A DNA stretch of 37,307 bases from Actinomycetota bacterium (GTDB lineage: Bacteria; Actinomycetota; Actinomycetes; S36-B12), in contig RGQW01000002.1 of assembly GCA_010029945.1 (NCBI GenBank), positions 1 to 37,307 of the forward strand. The letters are read 5' to 3'. Numbering within the stretch: position 1 is the stretch's first letter; every line of letters starts with the position of its first letter. The notes beneath the pieces are model-generated. The model did no database searches. It saw nothing but the letters and a program-made list of their open reading frames with translations, and was not told the DNA's origin. A program made the position numbers and the translations under genes. Positions 18,143 through 26,537 of this stretch are shown in pieces.

Positions 18143-19645
18143 TTAGCGGGTCCGGGGGAATCCGAGGTCGACGGATGACGTTGCCGGATCGGGCCACCGT
18201 GAGGTGACCGTCTTGGTCCGGGTGTAGAAGTCGATGCCGGCCGGGCCGTACATGTTCGCGTCACCGAACAGCGAGGCTTTCCATCCGCCGAAGCTGTAGT
18301 ACGCGACGGGCACAGGGATCGGGACGTTGATTCCCACCATGCCCACCTGGATGTCGAACTGGAACTGGCGGGCGGCTCCACCGTCTCGAGTGAAGATCGC
18401 CGTGCCGTTGCCGTATTGGTGATCGTTGATCAGCGTCACGGCTTCCTCGTAGGTGTCGACCCGGGTGATCGACAGAACCGGGCCGAAGATCTCCTCGTCG
18501 TAGGCCTTCATGCCGGGCTTGACGTTGTCGATCAAGGACGGTGCCAGGAAGAAGCCGTCCTCGGGCAGATCGTTCTCTCGGCCGTCGACAACGACGGTCG
18601 CTCCCTCACCCGGCGCTCCGGCCACGTAGGAGGCGACCTTGTCGCGGTGCTCGCGGGTGATCAGCGGACCCATCTCGGCATCAGGGTCTGTTCCCGGTCC
18701 GACCTTCAACTTCGGAAGGCGAGCCGAAATGGCATCAACGAGCTTGTCGCCCGCATCACCAACAGCGACCACCACGGAAATGGCCATGCAGCGTTCGCCG
18801 GCAGAACCGTAGCCCGCGCTGACGGCCGCATCGGCCGCCATGTCGATGTCGGCGTCGGGGAGAACGATCATGTGGTTCTTGGCGCCGCCGAGCGCTTGGA
18901 CGCGCTTGCCGTTCGCCGTTCCGGTCGAGTAGATGTACTTCGCGATCGGGGTCGAGCCGACGAACGACACCGCGGCGATGTCGGGGTGGTCGAGGATTCG
19001 ATCAACGGCGACCTTGTCTCCCTGCACGATGTTGAACACGCCCTCGGGCAGACCCGCTTGCCGGAGCAGATCGGCGATGAACAACGTGACCGAGGGATCC
19101 TTCTCGCTCGGCTTCAACACGAAGGTGTTTCCGGTGGCGATGGCATTGGCGAACATCCACATCGGCACCATCGCGGGGAAGTTGAACGGGGTTATGCCGG
19201 CCACCACGCCGAGCGGCTGACGAATAGAGAAGACATCGACTCCGCTGGAGGCCTGCTCGGAGAAGTTCCCCTTCATCAACTGCGGGATGCCGCAGGCGAA
19301 TTCGATGTTCTCGATTCCCCGGGCCAGCTCGCCGGCGGCGTCGCTGGGCACCTTGCCGTGCTCAATCGACACCAGTTCGGCGATCTTGTCCCGATTGGCA
19401 ACGACGAGCTGATGGAAGTTGAACATGACTTCCGCGCGTCGCGACAAGGAAGCCGAACGCCACGTGGTGAAGGCCTCTTTGGCGGCGGCGACGGCGGCGT
19501 CGACTTCCGACACGCTCGCCAAGCCGACCTGCGCCTGCTGCTCACCGGTCGCGGGGTTGTAGACCGGTCCGAAGTTGCCGGAGGTGGATCCCACCTCGGC
19601 GTTGTTGATCCAGTGGTTGATGGTGCGCAACGTGTGTCTCCTCAT
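18143..19645 (-). CDS. mmsA: CoA-acylating methylmalonate/malonate-semialdehyde dehydrogenase
   Basis: INHWINN, FNFPAMVPMWMF, VLKPSEKDPS and the catalytic cysteine context AGERCMA are present. 500 aa. Confidence 0.9.
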   Translation of the reverse strand: MRRHTLRTINHWINNAEVGSTSGNFGPVYNPATGEQQAQVGLASVSEVDAAVAAAKEAFTTWRSASLSRRAEVMFNFHQLVVANRDKIAELVSIEHGKVPSDAAGELARGIENIEFACGIPQLMKGNFSEQASSGVDVFSIRQPLGVVAGITPFNFPAMVPMWMFANAIATGNTFVLKPSEKDPSVTLFIADLLRQAGLPEGVFNIVQGDKVAVDRILDHPDIAAVSFVGSTPIAKYIYSTGTANGKRVQALGGAKNHMIVLPDADIDMAADAAVSAGYGSAGERCMAISVVVAVGDAGDKLVDAISARLPKLKVGPGTDPDAEMGPLITREHRDKVASYVAGAPGEGATVVVDGRENDLPEDGFFLAPSLIDNVKPGMKAYDEEIFGPVLSITRVDTYEEAVTLINDHQYGNGTAIFTRDGGAARQFQFDIQVGMVGINVPIPVPVAYYSFGGWKASLFGDANMYGPAGIDFYTRTKTVTSRWPDPATSSVDLGFPRTR

Positions 19646-19672
19646 TCGTGATCGTGCGTGGTACGTGCGTGT

Positions 19673-20874
19673 TTAGACGAGGTACTGGTTCATACCGCGC
19701 TTGAGGTACTGACCGTGCCCTTTGCTGCCGAGGTACTCGTCGTTGTCGATGACCACCTTGCCTCGGGAGAGAACAGTGTCGACGTGACCGTCGATATCGA
19801 AGCCCTCCCAGGCAGCGTGATCCATGTTCATGTGGTGCTTCTTGTCGATGCCGATCTCGGTACGGCCGGCCGGGTCGTAGATGACGATGTCGGCATCCGA
19901 CCCGGGCGCAATGATTCCCTTGCGCGGGTACAGGCCGAACATGCGTGCCGGTGTGGTGGCGGTGATCTCCACCCAGCGCTCCAACGTGATCTCTCCGTCG
20001 ACGACGCCTTGGAAGATCAAGTCCATCCGGTGCTCGACGGAGCCGATGCCGTTGGGGATCTTGGAGAAGTCTCCAACGCCGAGTTCCTTCTGCTCCTTCA
20101 TGCAGAACGGGCAGTGGTCCGTCGAGACGATCGACAGATCGTTCGTGCGCAGGTAGCGCCACAGTTCCTTCTGGTGCTCCTCGGCCTTGGATCGCAGCGG
20201 CGTGGAGCACACCCACTTGGCGCCTTCGAATCCTGGCTGAGAGAGATGATCCTCCAGCGACAGGTACAGGTACTGCGGGCAGGTTTCTCCGAAAACGTTC
20301 CACGCGTCGTCGCGGGCTTCTTGCAGAACCTTGACGGCTTGCTTTGCCGACATGTGCACGATGTACAGGGGCGTATTCGTCATCTTGGCCAGCATGATCG
20401 CGCGGTTGGTGGCCTCCTGCCCTCGTCGACGAGTTCGTCCATCGCCTTCAACGAGTCGTCGTCGACCCCGCCGATGATCTGGTGGAAGCCGTAATCGATG
20501 GCGCACTCGCCGTCGGCCTTGGCGTGCCAGGCAGCCAGAGAGTCCTGCACCCGCTCCCCGTACTTTTGTACGGCGAAGTCGATGATGGTGGTGGTGCCAC
20601 CCCAGGCCGCAGCTCGGGTGCCGGTCTCGAAGGTGTCCGATGCGAACGTCCCACCGAAGGGCAGCTCCATGTGGGTGTGAACATCCACGCCACCGGGGAT
20701 GACGTACTTCCCCTGCGCGTCGAAGACCTGCTCAGCACTCGCGGCGAGATCGGCGCCGAGGGAGGTGTCTCCGGGTGCCACGACCGCGGCAATCGTCTCG
20801 CCGTCGATGAGGACATCGGCTTGGTAGCTACCGGTCGCCGAGACGACGGTGCCGTTCTTGATCAGGATCGTCAT
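19673..20874 (-). pseudogene. hydA: Dihydropyrimidinase / D-hydantoinase, split by an internal out-of-frame deletion near 20418
   Basis: The N-terminal ORF (20380..20874) carries GGVDVHTHMELPFGG and ends ...KAMDELVDEG before degenerating. The C-terminal ORF (19673..20506) resumes at QEATNRAIMLAKMTNTPLYIVHMSAKQAV...STDHCPF. The roughly 70-residue block that normally holds the carbamylated Lys (FK.FMAY) and the HAENG His is missing. Confidence 0.88.
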
Positions 20875-20920
20875 GGTTCTTCCTCCTCGCTGATGCTTCT
20901 CCTGCTGGTGCTCGAGCTGT

Positions 20921-20953
20921 CGTGCTGCTGCCGTGCTGCTGCCGTGCTGCTGT
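20921..20953. repeat. 3 x 11-bp tandem repeat (CGTGCTGCTGC x2, CGTGCTGCTGT)
   Basis: Read directly in the 102-bp spacer between the nitrilase stop and the hydA start. Confidence 0.85.
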
Positions 20954-20976
20954 CGATCAGCCGCCGTTAGGGAAAA

Positions 20977-21813
20977 CTATGGCCGAACCAGGTCGTCGTA
21001 TGCATCCGGTCGGCGATCTCGGTAGAACGCCCAGCGGTTGCGCACCGTGGTGATCAAGTCGAGATCAAGGTCCCGCACGATCAATTCCGCCTTGTAGGGG
21101 TCACCTTTCTCCCCGACGTAGCTCCCCTCGGGATCCACGAAGTAGGACTGGCCGTAGAAGTCGTCGTCGCCGAGAGGCTCGATGCCCACCCGGTTGATGG
21201 CCCCGACGTAATACTCGTTGGCCACTGCCGCAGCCGGCTGCTCGATGCTCCACAGGTACTGAGACAACCCGCGCGAGGTGGCCGAGGGGTTGAACACGAT
21301 CTGGGCGCCGTTGAGGCCGAGCGCGCGCCATCCCTCCGGGAAGTGGCGGTCGTAGCAGATGTAGACGCCGACCTTGCCGACCGCGGTGTCGAAGACCGGG
21401 TAGCCGCCGTTGCCGGGACGGAAGTAGAACTTTTCCCAGAACCCATTCACGTGCGGGATGTGCTGCTTGCGGTACTTGCCCAGGTATGAGCCGTCGGCGT
21501 CGAGCACTGCGGCGGTGTTGTAGAGGAAGCCGGGTCCGGCGTCTTCGTAGACCGGCAGCACCATCACCATGTTCAGTTCCTTGGCCAAGGCCTGGAAGCG
21601 CTCGACGACGGGACCGGGGACTGCTTCGGCGTACTCGTAGAACTGCGTGTCCTGCACCTGGCAGAAGTAGGGGCCGTAGAACAACTCTTGGAAGCAGATG
21701 ACCTGTGTGCCCTGCTTGGCTGCCTCGCGGGCGTACTCCTCATGCTTGACGATCATCGACTCTTTGTCGCCGGTCCAATCGGTTTGGACTAGCGCAGCGC
21801 GAACGACGCTCAT
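20977..21813 (-). CDS. Nitrilase-superfamily carbon-nitrogen hydrolase (beta-ureidopropionase / N-carbamoyl-beta-alanine amidohydrolase-like)
   Basis: The start is ATG 21813 (MSVVRAALVQTDW). The E-K-C triad contexts CFQELF, YRKQHIP and VYICYDRHFPE are present. It lies immediately upstream of hydA. Confidence 0.85.
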   Translation of the reverse strand: MSVVRAALVQTDWTGDKESMIVKHEEYAREAAKQGTQVICFQELFYGPYFCQVQDTQFYEYAEAVPGPVVERFQALAKELNMVMVLPVYEDAGPGFLYNTAAVLDADGSYLGKYRKQHIPHVNGFWEKFYFRPGNGGYPVFDTAVGKVGVYICYDRHFPEGWRALGLNGAQIVFNPSATSRGLSQYLWSIEQPAAAVANEYYVGAINRVGIEPLGDDDFYGQSYFVDPEGSYVGEKGDPYKAELIVRDLDLDLITTVRNRWAFYRDRRPDAYDDLVRP

Positions 21814-21914
21814 GGCTTTCCTGCCTTCCTCGCAGTCTGGTCTGCCGGCCTCAGCGACTACTCGTCTGAGCCCGAGAACCTGTTTTGTGATTCCGTACCC
21901 TAGACGCAAAAGAT

Positions 21915-21950
21915 TGTGTTACAACACCTGTTTGACAAACTTGTTACACG
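21915..21950. promoter_or_regulatory. Candidate operator: three GTTACAAC-like boxes (TGTTACAACACCTGT-TTGACAAAC-TTGTTACACG)
   Basis: This is an AT-richer island in the divergent nitrilase-operon / MocR intergenic region. It contains a TTGACA hexamer. It is near-identical in architecture to 23511-23550. Confidence 0.45.
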
Positions 21951-22040
21951 TTCATGTCGCGCTCGCAAACGAGCCCGGCAGCGGGCATGTGAAGGGCCGC
22001 CTGGCGGCCACGACAGGGTGATGGACAGGGAGGTGGGGTC

Positions 22041-23444
22041 GTGACGGTGACCGTCCCTGCCACCGGAATCTCGGTTCCGGCCGAGTCGGTCGCGGCCTTC
22101 GTCGAGGATCGATCCCCCCGGGGTATCGCGGCGGCCGTTCACCGAATGATCCGGGCGGGGCAGGTTCAGCCCGGAGATCGGCTGCCGACCGTCCGTGACC
22201 TGGCCCAGCACCTCGGCGTCAGTCCGGCGACAGTCAGCGAAGCGTGGCAGGCGCTCGGTGCCGTCGGTGCCATTCACGCCCGCGGCCGGGCCGGGACTTT
22301 CGTCCGGGACGTGGCCGAGCCCACCCGGCCGACCCGATACCTCGGGATCGGGGGAGCACCGAGCACCGAGGAATCCGCCGCACTGGATCTGTCCACGGGA
22401 ACCCCGGACCCCGCGTTGCTGCCGGCCCTGCACGAAGCGGTCGAGCGATTCACCTCCGGCGCGACAGCCTGGACGTCGAGTTATCTCGACGAGCCGGTAC
22501 TCCCTGCACTGCGTGAGCACCTCGAGCAGTCGTGGCCCTTCCGAGCCCAGCGGATGACCGTCGTGGACGGCGCCCTCGACGGGCTGTCGCGAATCGTCGA
22601 TCAGCTGGTCGGCCTCGGCGACCGGGTGATCATGGAGTCACCGGGATTCCCGCCCCTGATCGACCTACTGGATCGCGCCGGCGCCGACGTGATCCCGGTC
22701 GCGATCGACGAACAAGGCGTGATCCCTGCGTACCTAGCTCGGGCTCTGCGCTCGGCACCGGTGGCGGTGTTCCTGCAGCCGCGAGCACACAACCCCACCG
22801 GTACGTCGATGACCCGGTTGCGTTCGAGTCAGCTCGCGGAAGTGCTCGCGGGCAGCCGCGCGTGGGTGATCGAGGACGATCACTGCGGCGACATATCGCT
22901 GGCAGAGGATGTGAGCATCGGTCAGTTCCTGCCGGACCGTTGCGTGCACATACGTAGTTACTCCAAATCGCACGGACCGGATCTGCGTATCGCCGCGGTC
23001 GGTGGAGCGGCCGAGGTCATCGACCCGATGATGGCCCGGCGCATGCTCGGCCCGGGTTGGACGAGCCGACTTTTGCAGGCCGTGTTGCTTGACCTGCTCA
23101 CGCACGCCGATCCGCAGGAGACCGTCCGGCAGGCCCGCATCGCTTACACCCGTCGAGGCACGTTGTTGCGGGAGAAGCTCAAGGATCGTGGAATCGCGGC
23201 GAGCCCGGGTGACGGCATCAACGTGTGGATCCCGGTCGAGGACGAGAGGTCGGCCCTGATCACGTTGGCTGCCGCCGGCATTCGGGTGGCGCCGGGATCA
23301 CCTTTCGTCGTGACCGCAGACAGCACGACCGGAGATGCAATTCGGGTGACGACGGGTCGTCTGCCGGACGACGAAGATCGGATCGAGGACGTCGCTAACA
23401 TCATCGCCCGAGCGGCGGGCTCTGCCGGCGGCGCACTGCGCTAG
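22041..23444 (+). CDS. MocR/GabR-type regulator (GntR wHTH fused to a fold-type-I aminotransferase-like domain)
   Basis: The N-terminal wHTH GDRLPTVRDLAQHLGVSPATVSEAWQALGAVGAIHARGRAGTFV is present. The C-terminal AAT-like domain has the PLP-lysine context SYSKSHGPDLR. Confidence 0.88.
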   Translation: MTVTVPATGISVPAESVAAFVEDRSPRGIAAAVHRMIRAGQVQPGDRLPTVRDLAQHLGVSPATVSEAWQALGAVGAIHARGRAGTFVRDVAEPTRPTRYLGIGGAPSTEESAALDLSTGTPDPALLPALHEAVERFTSGATAWTSSYLDEPVLPALREHLEQSWPFRAQRMTVVDGALDGLSRIVDQLVGLGDRVIMESPGFPPLIDLLDRAGADVIPVAIDEQGVIPAYLARALRSAPVAVFLQPRAHNPTGTSMTRLRSSQLAEVLAGSRAWVIEDDHCGDISLAEDVSIGQFLPDRCVHIRSYSKSHGPDLRIAAVGGAAEVIDPMMARRMLGPGWTSRLLQAVLLDLLTHADPQETVRQARIAYTRRGTLLREKLKDRGIAASPGDGINVWIPVEDERSALITLAAAGIRVAPGSPFVVTADSTTGDAIRVTTGRLPDDEDRIEDVANIIARAAGSAGGALR

Positions 23445-23510
23445 CGCCGAACGGTAGTCCCGAACGAGCGGGTTTCCACCCTCGAACGGAGCGCCCGATG
23501 AATCGCTGGC

Positions 23511-23550
23511 TGTTACGACACACCTGTCGATACAACGGTCGTTACAACGG
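23511..23550. promoter_or_regulatory. Candidate operator: TGTTACGACACACCTGT-CGATACAACGG-TCGTTACAACGG
   Basis: It has the same three-box arrangement as 21915-21950 and lies about 95-130 nt upstream of the ALDH start. Confidence 0.45.
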
Positions 23551-23642
23551 TCCTCACTTCATGCCCCAGCGGCCACGGTGACGCTATAACGTGGTGCGCG
23601 GCAGATCTGCCACGCCCGGAACGAGTCGAAGGAGTGACAACG

Positions 23643-25124
23643 ATGGACGCGGTATTCGTCGATGGAAAATCCCGCCCCGGTACCTCGGGTGCTCGCGGTC
23701 AGGTCGTCAACCCGGCCAACGACGAGGTCGTTGCGGAGTACGAGTACGCGGGCGCGGAGGATGTCGATGCCGCGGTGCGAGCCGCGCGATCTGCCTACGC
23801 CGACTGGTCCACTGCGGCCCCCGTGGAACGCAGCGAAGCGCTGCGCGCGTTGGCGGATCGGATGCAGTCGCGCTCGGAAGAGTACGTCGCGGCGGAAACG
23901 GCGCAGGCCGGAAAGCCGTTGCGTTTGTCCCGAGAATTCGATGTGCCGGGCTCCATCGACAACGCTGCGTTCTTCTCCGGTGTGGCCAGGAACCTCGAGG
24001 GCAAGGCGTCGGCCGAGTGGGATGGCGAGCACACATCCATCATCCGTCGCGAGCCGCTGGGTGTCGTGGGCTCCATTGCTCCATGGAACTACCCATTGCA
24101 GATGGCCATGTGGAAGGTCCTTCCCGCGATCGCCGCGGGCAACACCATCGTGCTCAAGCCCGCGGAGATAACCCCGACGACCACCGTGATGTTGGCCGAG
24201 GACTGTATGGCCGCGGGGATTCCGGCCGGCGTCGTGAACGTGGTGGCCGGTGCCGGCCCGGTGGCCGGCGAAGCACTTATGTCGCACCCGGACGTGAACA
24301 TGGTGTCCTTCACAGGGTCGACCGCTGTCGGTCAACGCGTGATGGAACTTGCGACCGCCACCTTGAAGCGAGTCCACCTCGAACTCGGTGGGAAAGCTCC
24401 GTTCCTGGTCTTCGATGACGCCGATCTCGACGCGGCTGTGCAGGGTGCTGCGGCCGGTGCGCTGATCAACACCGGACAGGACTGCACCGCGGCGACCCGC
24501 GCGTACGTCCAGCGGCCGCTGTACGACTCCTTCGTCGAGGCGGTCAGCGAACTGTTCTCGCAGGTTGTCATCGGAGACCCACTCGATGACTCCACCGACA
24601 TCGGTCCGCTGATTTCTCGCCGGCAGCAAGACAGGGTGGCCGGCTTCGTGGATCGAGCCCGCGCTGACGGGGCCACCGTCCGCGCCGGTGGCCACATCCC
24701 GACCGGAGACCTGGCCAAGGGCGCCTTCTATCCGGCCACAGTGATTACCGACGCTGCCCAGACCAGCGAGATCGTCCAAGCGGAAGTCTTCGGACCAGTG
24801 TTGGTCGTCCTACCGTTCGACTCCGACGATGAAGGCATCGCGCTGGCGAATGACACTCCCTACGGCTTGGCGGCATCGGCGTGGTCGACCGATGTGTTTC
24901 GAACACTTCGGGCCCAGCGTGAAATGCAGGCGGGGTGCGTGTGGATCAACGACCACATCCCGATCGTCAGCGAGATGCCCCATGGGGGCTACAAGCAGTC
25001 GGGATTCGGGAAGGACATGTCCACGTACTCCCTGGAGGAATACACCCAGATCAAGCACGTGAGTATGGACATAACGGGCACCGCACGCAAGGAATGGCAC
25101 CGCACAATCTTCTCCGAAAAGTGA
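23643..25124 (+). CDS. NAD-dependent aldehyde dehydrogenase (aminobutyraldehyde/guanidinobutyraldehyde dehydrogenase-like), paralogue of 10067..11503
   Basis: ATG 23643 lies 8 nt after GAAGGAG. Motifs [26 protein letters not shown] and EMPHGGYKQSGFGKD are present. Confidence 0.9.
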   Translation: MDAVFVDGKSRPGTSGARGQVVNPANDEVVAEYEYAGAEDVDAAVRAARSAYADWSTAAPVERSEALRALADRMQSRSEEYVAAETAQAGKPLRLSREFDVPGSIDNAAFFSGVARNLEGKASAEWDGEHTSIIRREPLGVVGSIAPWNYPLQMAMWKVLPAIAAGNTIVLKPAEITPTTTVMLAEDCMAAGIPAGVVNVVAGAGPVAGEALMSHPDVNMVSFTGSTAVGQRVMELATATLKRVHLELGGKAPFLVFDDADLDAAVQGAAAGALINTGQDCTAATRAYVQRPLYDSFVEAVSELFSQVVIGDPLDDSTDIGPLISRRQQDRVAGFVDRARADGATVRAGGHIPTGDLAKGAFYPATVITDAAQTSEIVQAEVFGPVLVVLPFDSDDEGIALANDTPYGLAASAWSTDVFRTLRAQREMQAGCVWINDHIPIVSEMPHGGYKQSGFGKDMSTYSLEEYTQIKHVSMDITGTARKEWHRTIFSEK

Positions 25125-25193
25125 CCCGATTCATCCACCCATCGCGCCACTTCGGGCTTATATTCACTCCCTGAGGCGAAGGAAAGGACCACC

Positions 25194-26474
25194 ATGATTT
25201 CTCAACGTCCGGAAATGGTTGCAGCTCTCGCAGGTTCCATGCGCTCGTCGGTTTCGCGCCGTCGACTGCTGCAGGCCGCGGGCATATCGGGCACGGCAGC
25301 AGCGCTCGCCGCGTGCGGTGCCGGCGGTGGATCAGCGAGTGATCCCACACAGGAGCCCACGACCGAAGAGACCTCCGCCGCGGAGACGCCTAAGGAGACA
25401 GCCGCCGAGACGCCGACGGAGACCGGACCGGAAGACCTGTCCGACGTCGAGAAGGTCATCGCGTGGTCGAACTGGCCGCTGTATATCGACTACGACGATG
25501 AAGAGGTCGGTCGCCCCACCCTCGATGCGTTCTCGCAGCAAACGGGCATCGAGGTCACCTACAACGAAGACATCAACGACAACAACGAGTTCTTCGCGAA
25601 GGTTCGCACCCAGTTGGAGCAGGGACAGGACATCGAGCGCGATCTCGTCGTCTTGACGGACTGGATGGCGGGCCTGTGGATCCGGAGTGGATTCGCACAG
25701 AAGCTCGATAAGGCCAACATCCCCAACATAAAGAACCTCGTCGACGAGTACTACGACGTTTCCTTCGACCCGGGTCGTGAGTACTCGCTGCCGTGGCAAT
25801 CGGGTTTCGGTGGACTCGCCTACAACGTCGACCTTCTCGAATCGTCTCTGGGCGTCAGCGAAATCACCACGATGGATCAGCTGTTCGACCCGGAATTGAA
25901 GGGCCGCATCACGTTGCTGTCCGAAATGCAGGACACGATGGGTTGCATGATGGCGTGGCAGGGAGCAGATCCCAGCAACTTCACCGACGCGGAGTTCGAG
26001 AACGCGATCGACAAACTCACGGAGATTGTGAGCACGGGTCAAGTCCGTCAGGTCACCGGTAACGACTACATCAACGCGCTCGAAACCGGCGACATCATCG
26101 CGTGTATCGGATGGTCCGGTGACGTCTTCGCGATGGACGGCAACTACGGCTTCTCGCTGCCGGAGTCCGGAGGCATGCTCTGGAGTGACAACATGCTCAT
26201 TCCTTCGACGGCCACGCACAAGAAGAATGCTGAGGCCGTCATGAACTACTACTACGAGCCCGAGATCGCGGCGGAAGTTGCCGCCTGGGTCTGGTACATC
26301 TCGCCGGTCAAGGGCGCGCGGGAGGCGATGGAGGCGATCGATCCCGAGTTGGTCGAGGTTCCCTGGATCTTCCCGACGGAGAAGGAACTGACGAACTCGT
26401 ACGTCTTCATGTCGCTCACGCCCGAGCAGAACGAGAAGTACCAGCGGATGTTCCAGCAGGCAATCGGCCTGTAA
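25194..26474 (+). CDS. potD: Polyamine-type ABC transporter substrate-binding lipoprotein (PotD/PotF-like)
   Basis: A Tat-like SRRRLLQAAG and lipobox LAACG are present, with a Thr/Glu-rich linker and a PotD-like body (WSNWPLYID..., IGWSGDVF). Confidence 0.85.
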   Translation: MISQRPEMVAALAGSMRSSVSRRRLLQAAGISGTAAALAACGAGGGSASDPTQEPTTEETSAAETPKETAAETPTETGPEDLSDVEKVIAWSNWPLYIDYDDEEVGRPTLDAFSQQTGIEVTYNEDINDNNEFFAKVRTQLEQGQDIERDLVVLTDWMAGLWIRSGFAQKLDKANIPNIKNLVDEYYDVSFDPGREYSLPWQSGFGGLAYNVDLLESSLGVSEITTMDQLFDPELKGRITLLSEMQDTMGCMMAWQGADPSNFTDAEFENAIDKLTEIVSTGQVRQVTGNDYINALETGDIIACIGWSGDVFAMDGNYGFSLPESGGMLWSDNMLIPSTATHKKNAEAVMNYYYEPEIAAEVAAWVWYISPVKGAREAMEAIDPELVEVPWIFPTEKELTNSYVFMSLTPEQNEKYQRMFQQAIGL

Positions 26475-26484
26475 CGACAGCGTG

Positions 26485-26507
26485 TGCGGGGGCCATGAGC
26501 CCCCGCA
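26485..26507 (+). terminator. Intra-operon stem-loop after the binding-protein gene (possible partial terminator or mRNA stabiliser)
   Basis: TGCGGGGGC-CATGA-GCCCCCGCA forms a 9-bp GC stem and is followed by TCGTCGTCTCGTTCTC. Confidence 0.4.
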
Positions 26508-26537
26508 TCGTCGTCTCGTTCTCCCGAAGGGTGGTCG

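Noticed and set aside
17068-18381. Long N-terminal extensions offered by the ORF track. Examples are the LLM gene to 18381, Lrp to 10039, the nitrilase to 21909, the FAD oxidoreductases to 7519 and 29527, prpE to 4153 and the epimerase to 37276.
   Set aside because: The extensions overlap upstream genes or divergent promoters and are Pro/Arg/Ser-rich. Internal starts with SD sequences coincide with the beginning of family homology.
20380-20506. Programmed ribosomal frameshift as an explanation for the split hydA
   Set aside because: There is no slippery heptamer or stimulatory structure at the junction, and about 70 conserved residues including catalytic ones are simply absent. A frameshift alone would not restore a functional enzyme.
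20921-20953. CRISPR-like or other repeat arrays (also 4212..4247)
   Set aside because: The units are only 9-11 bp, directly abutting with no spacers, and there are only 3-4 copies. No cas genes are present. I treat them as simple tandem repeats.
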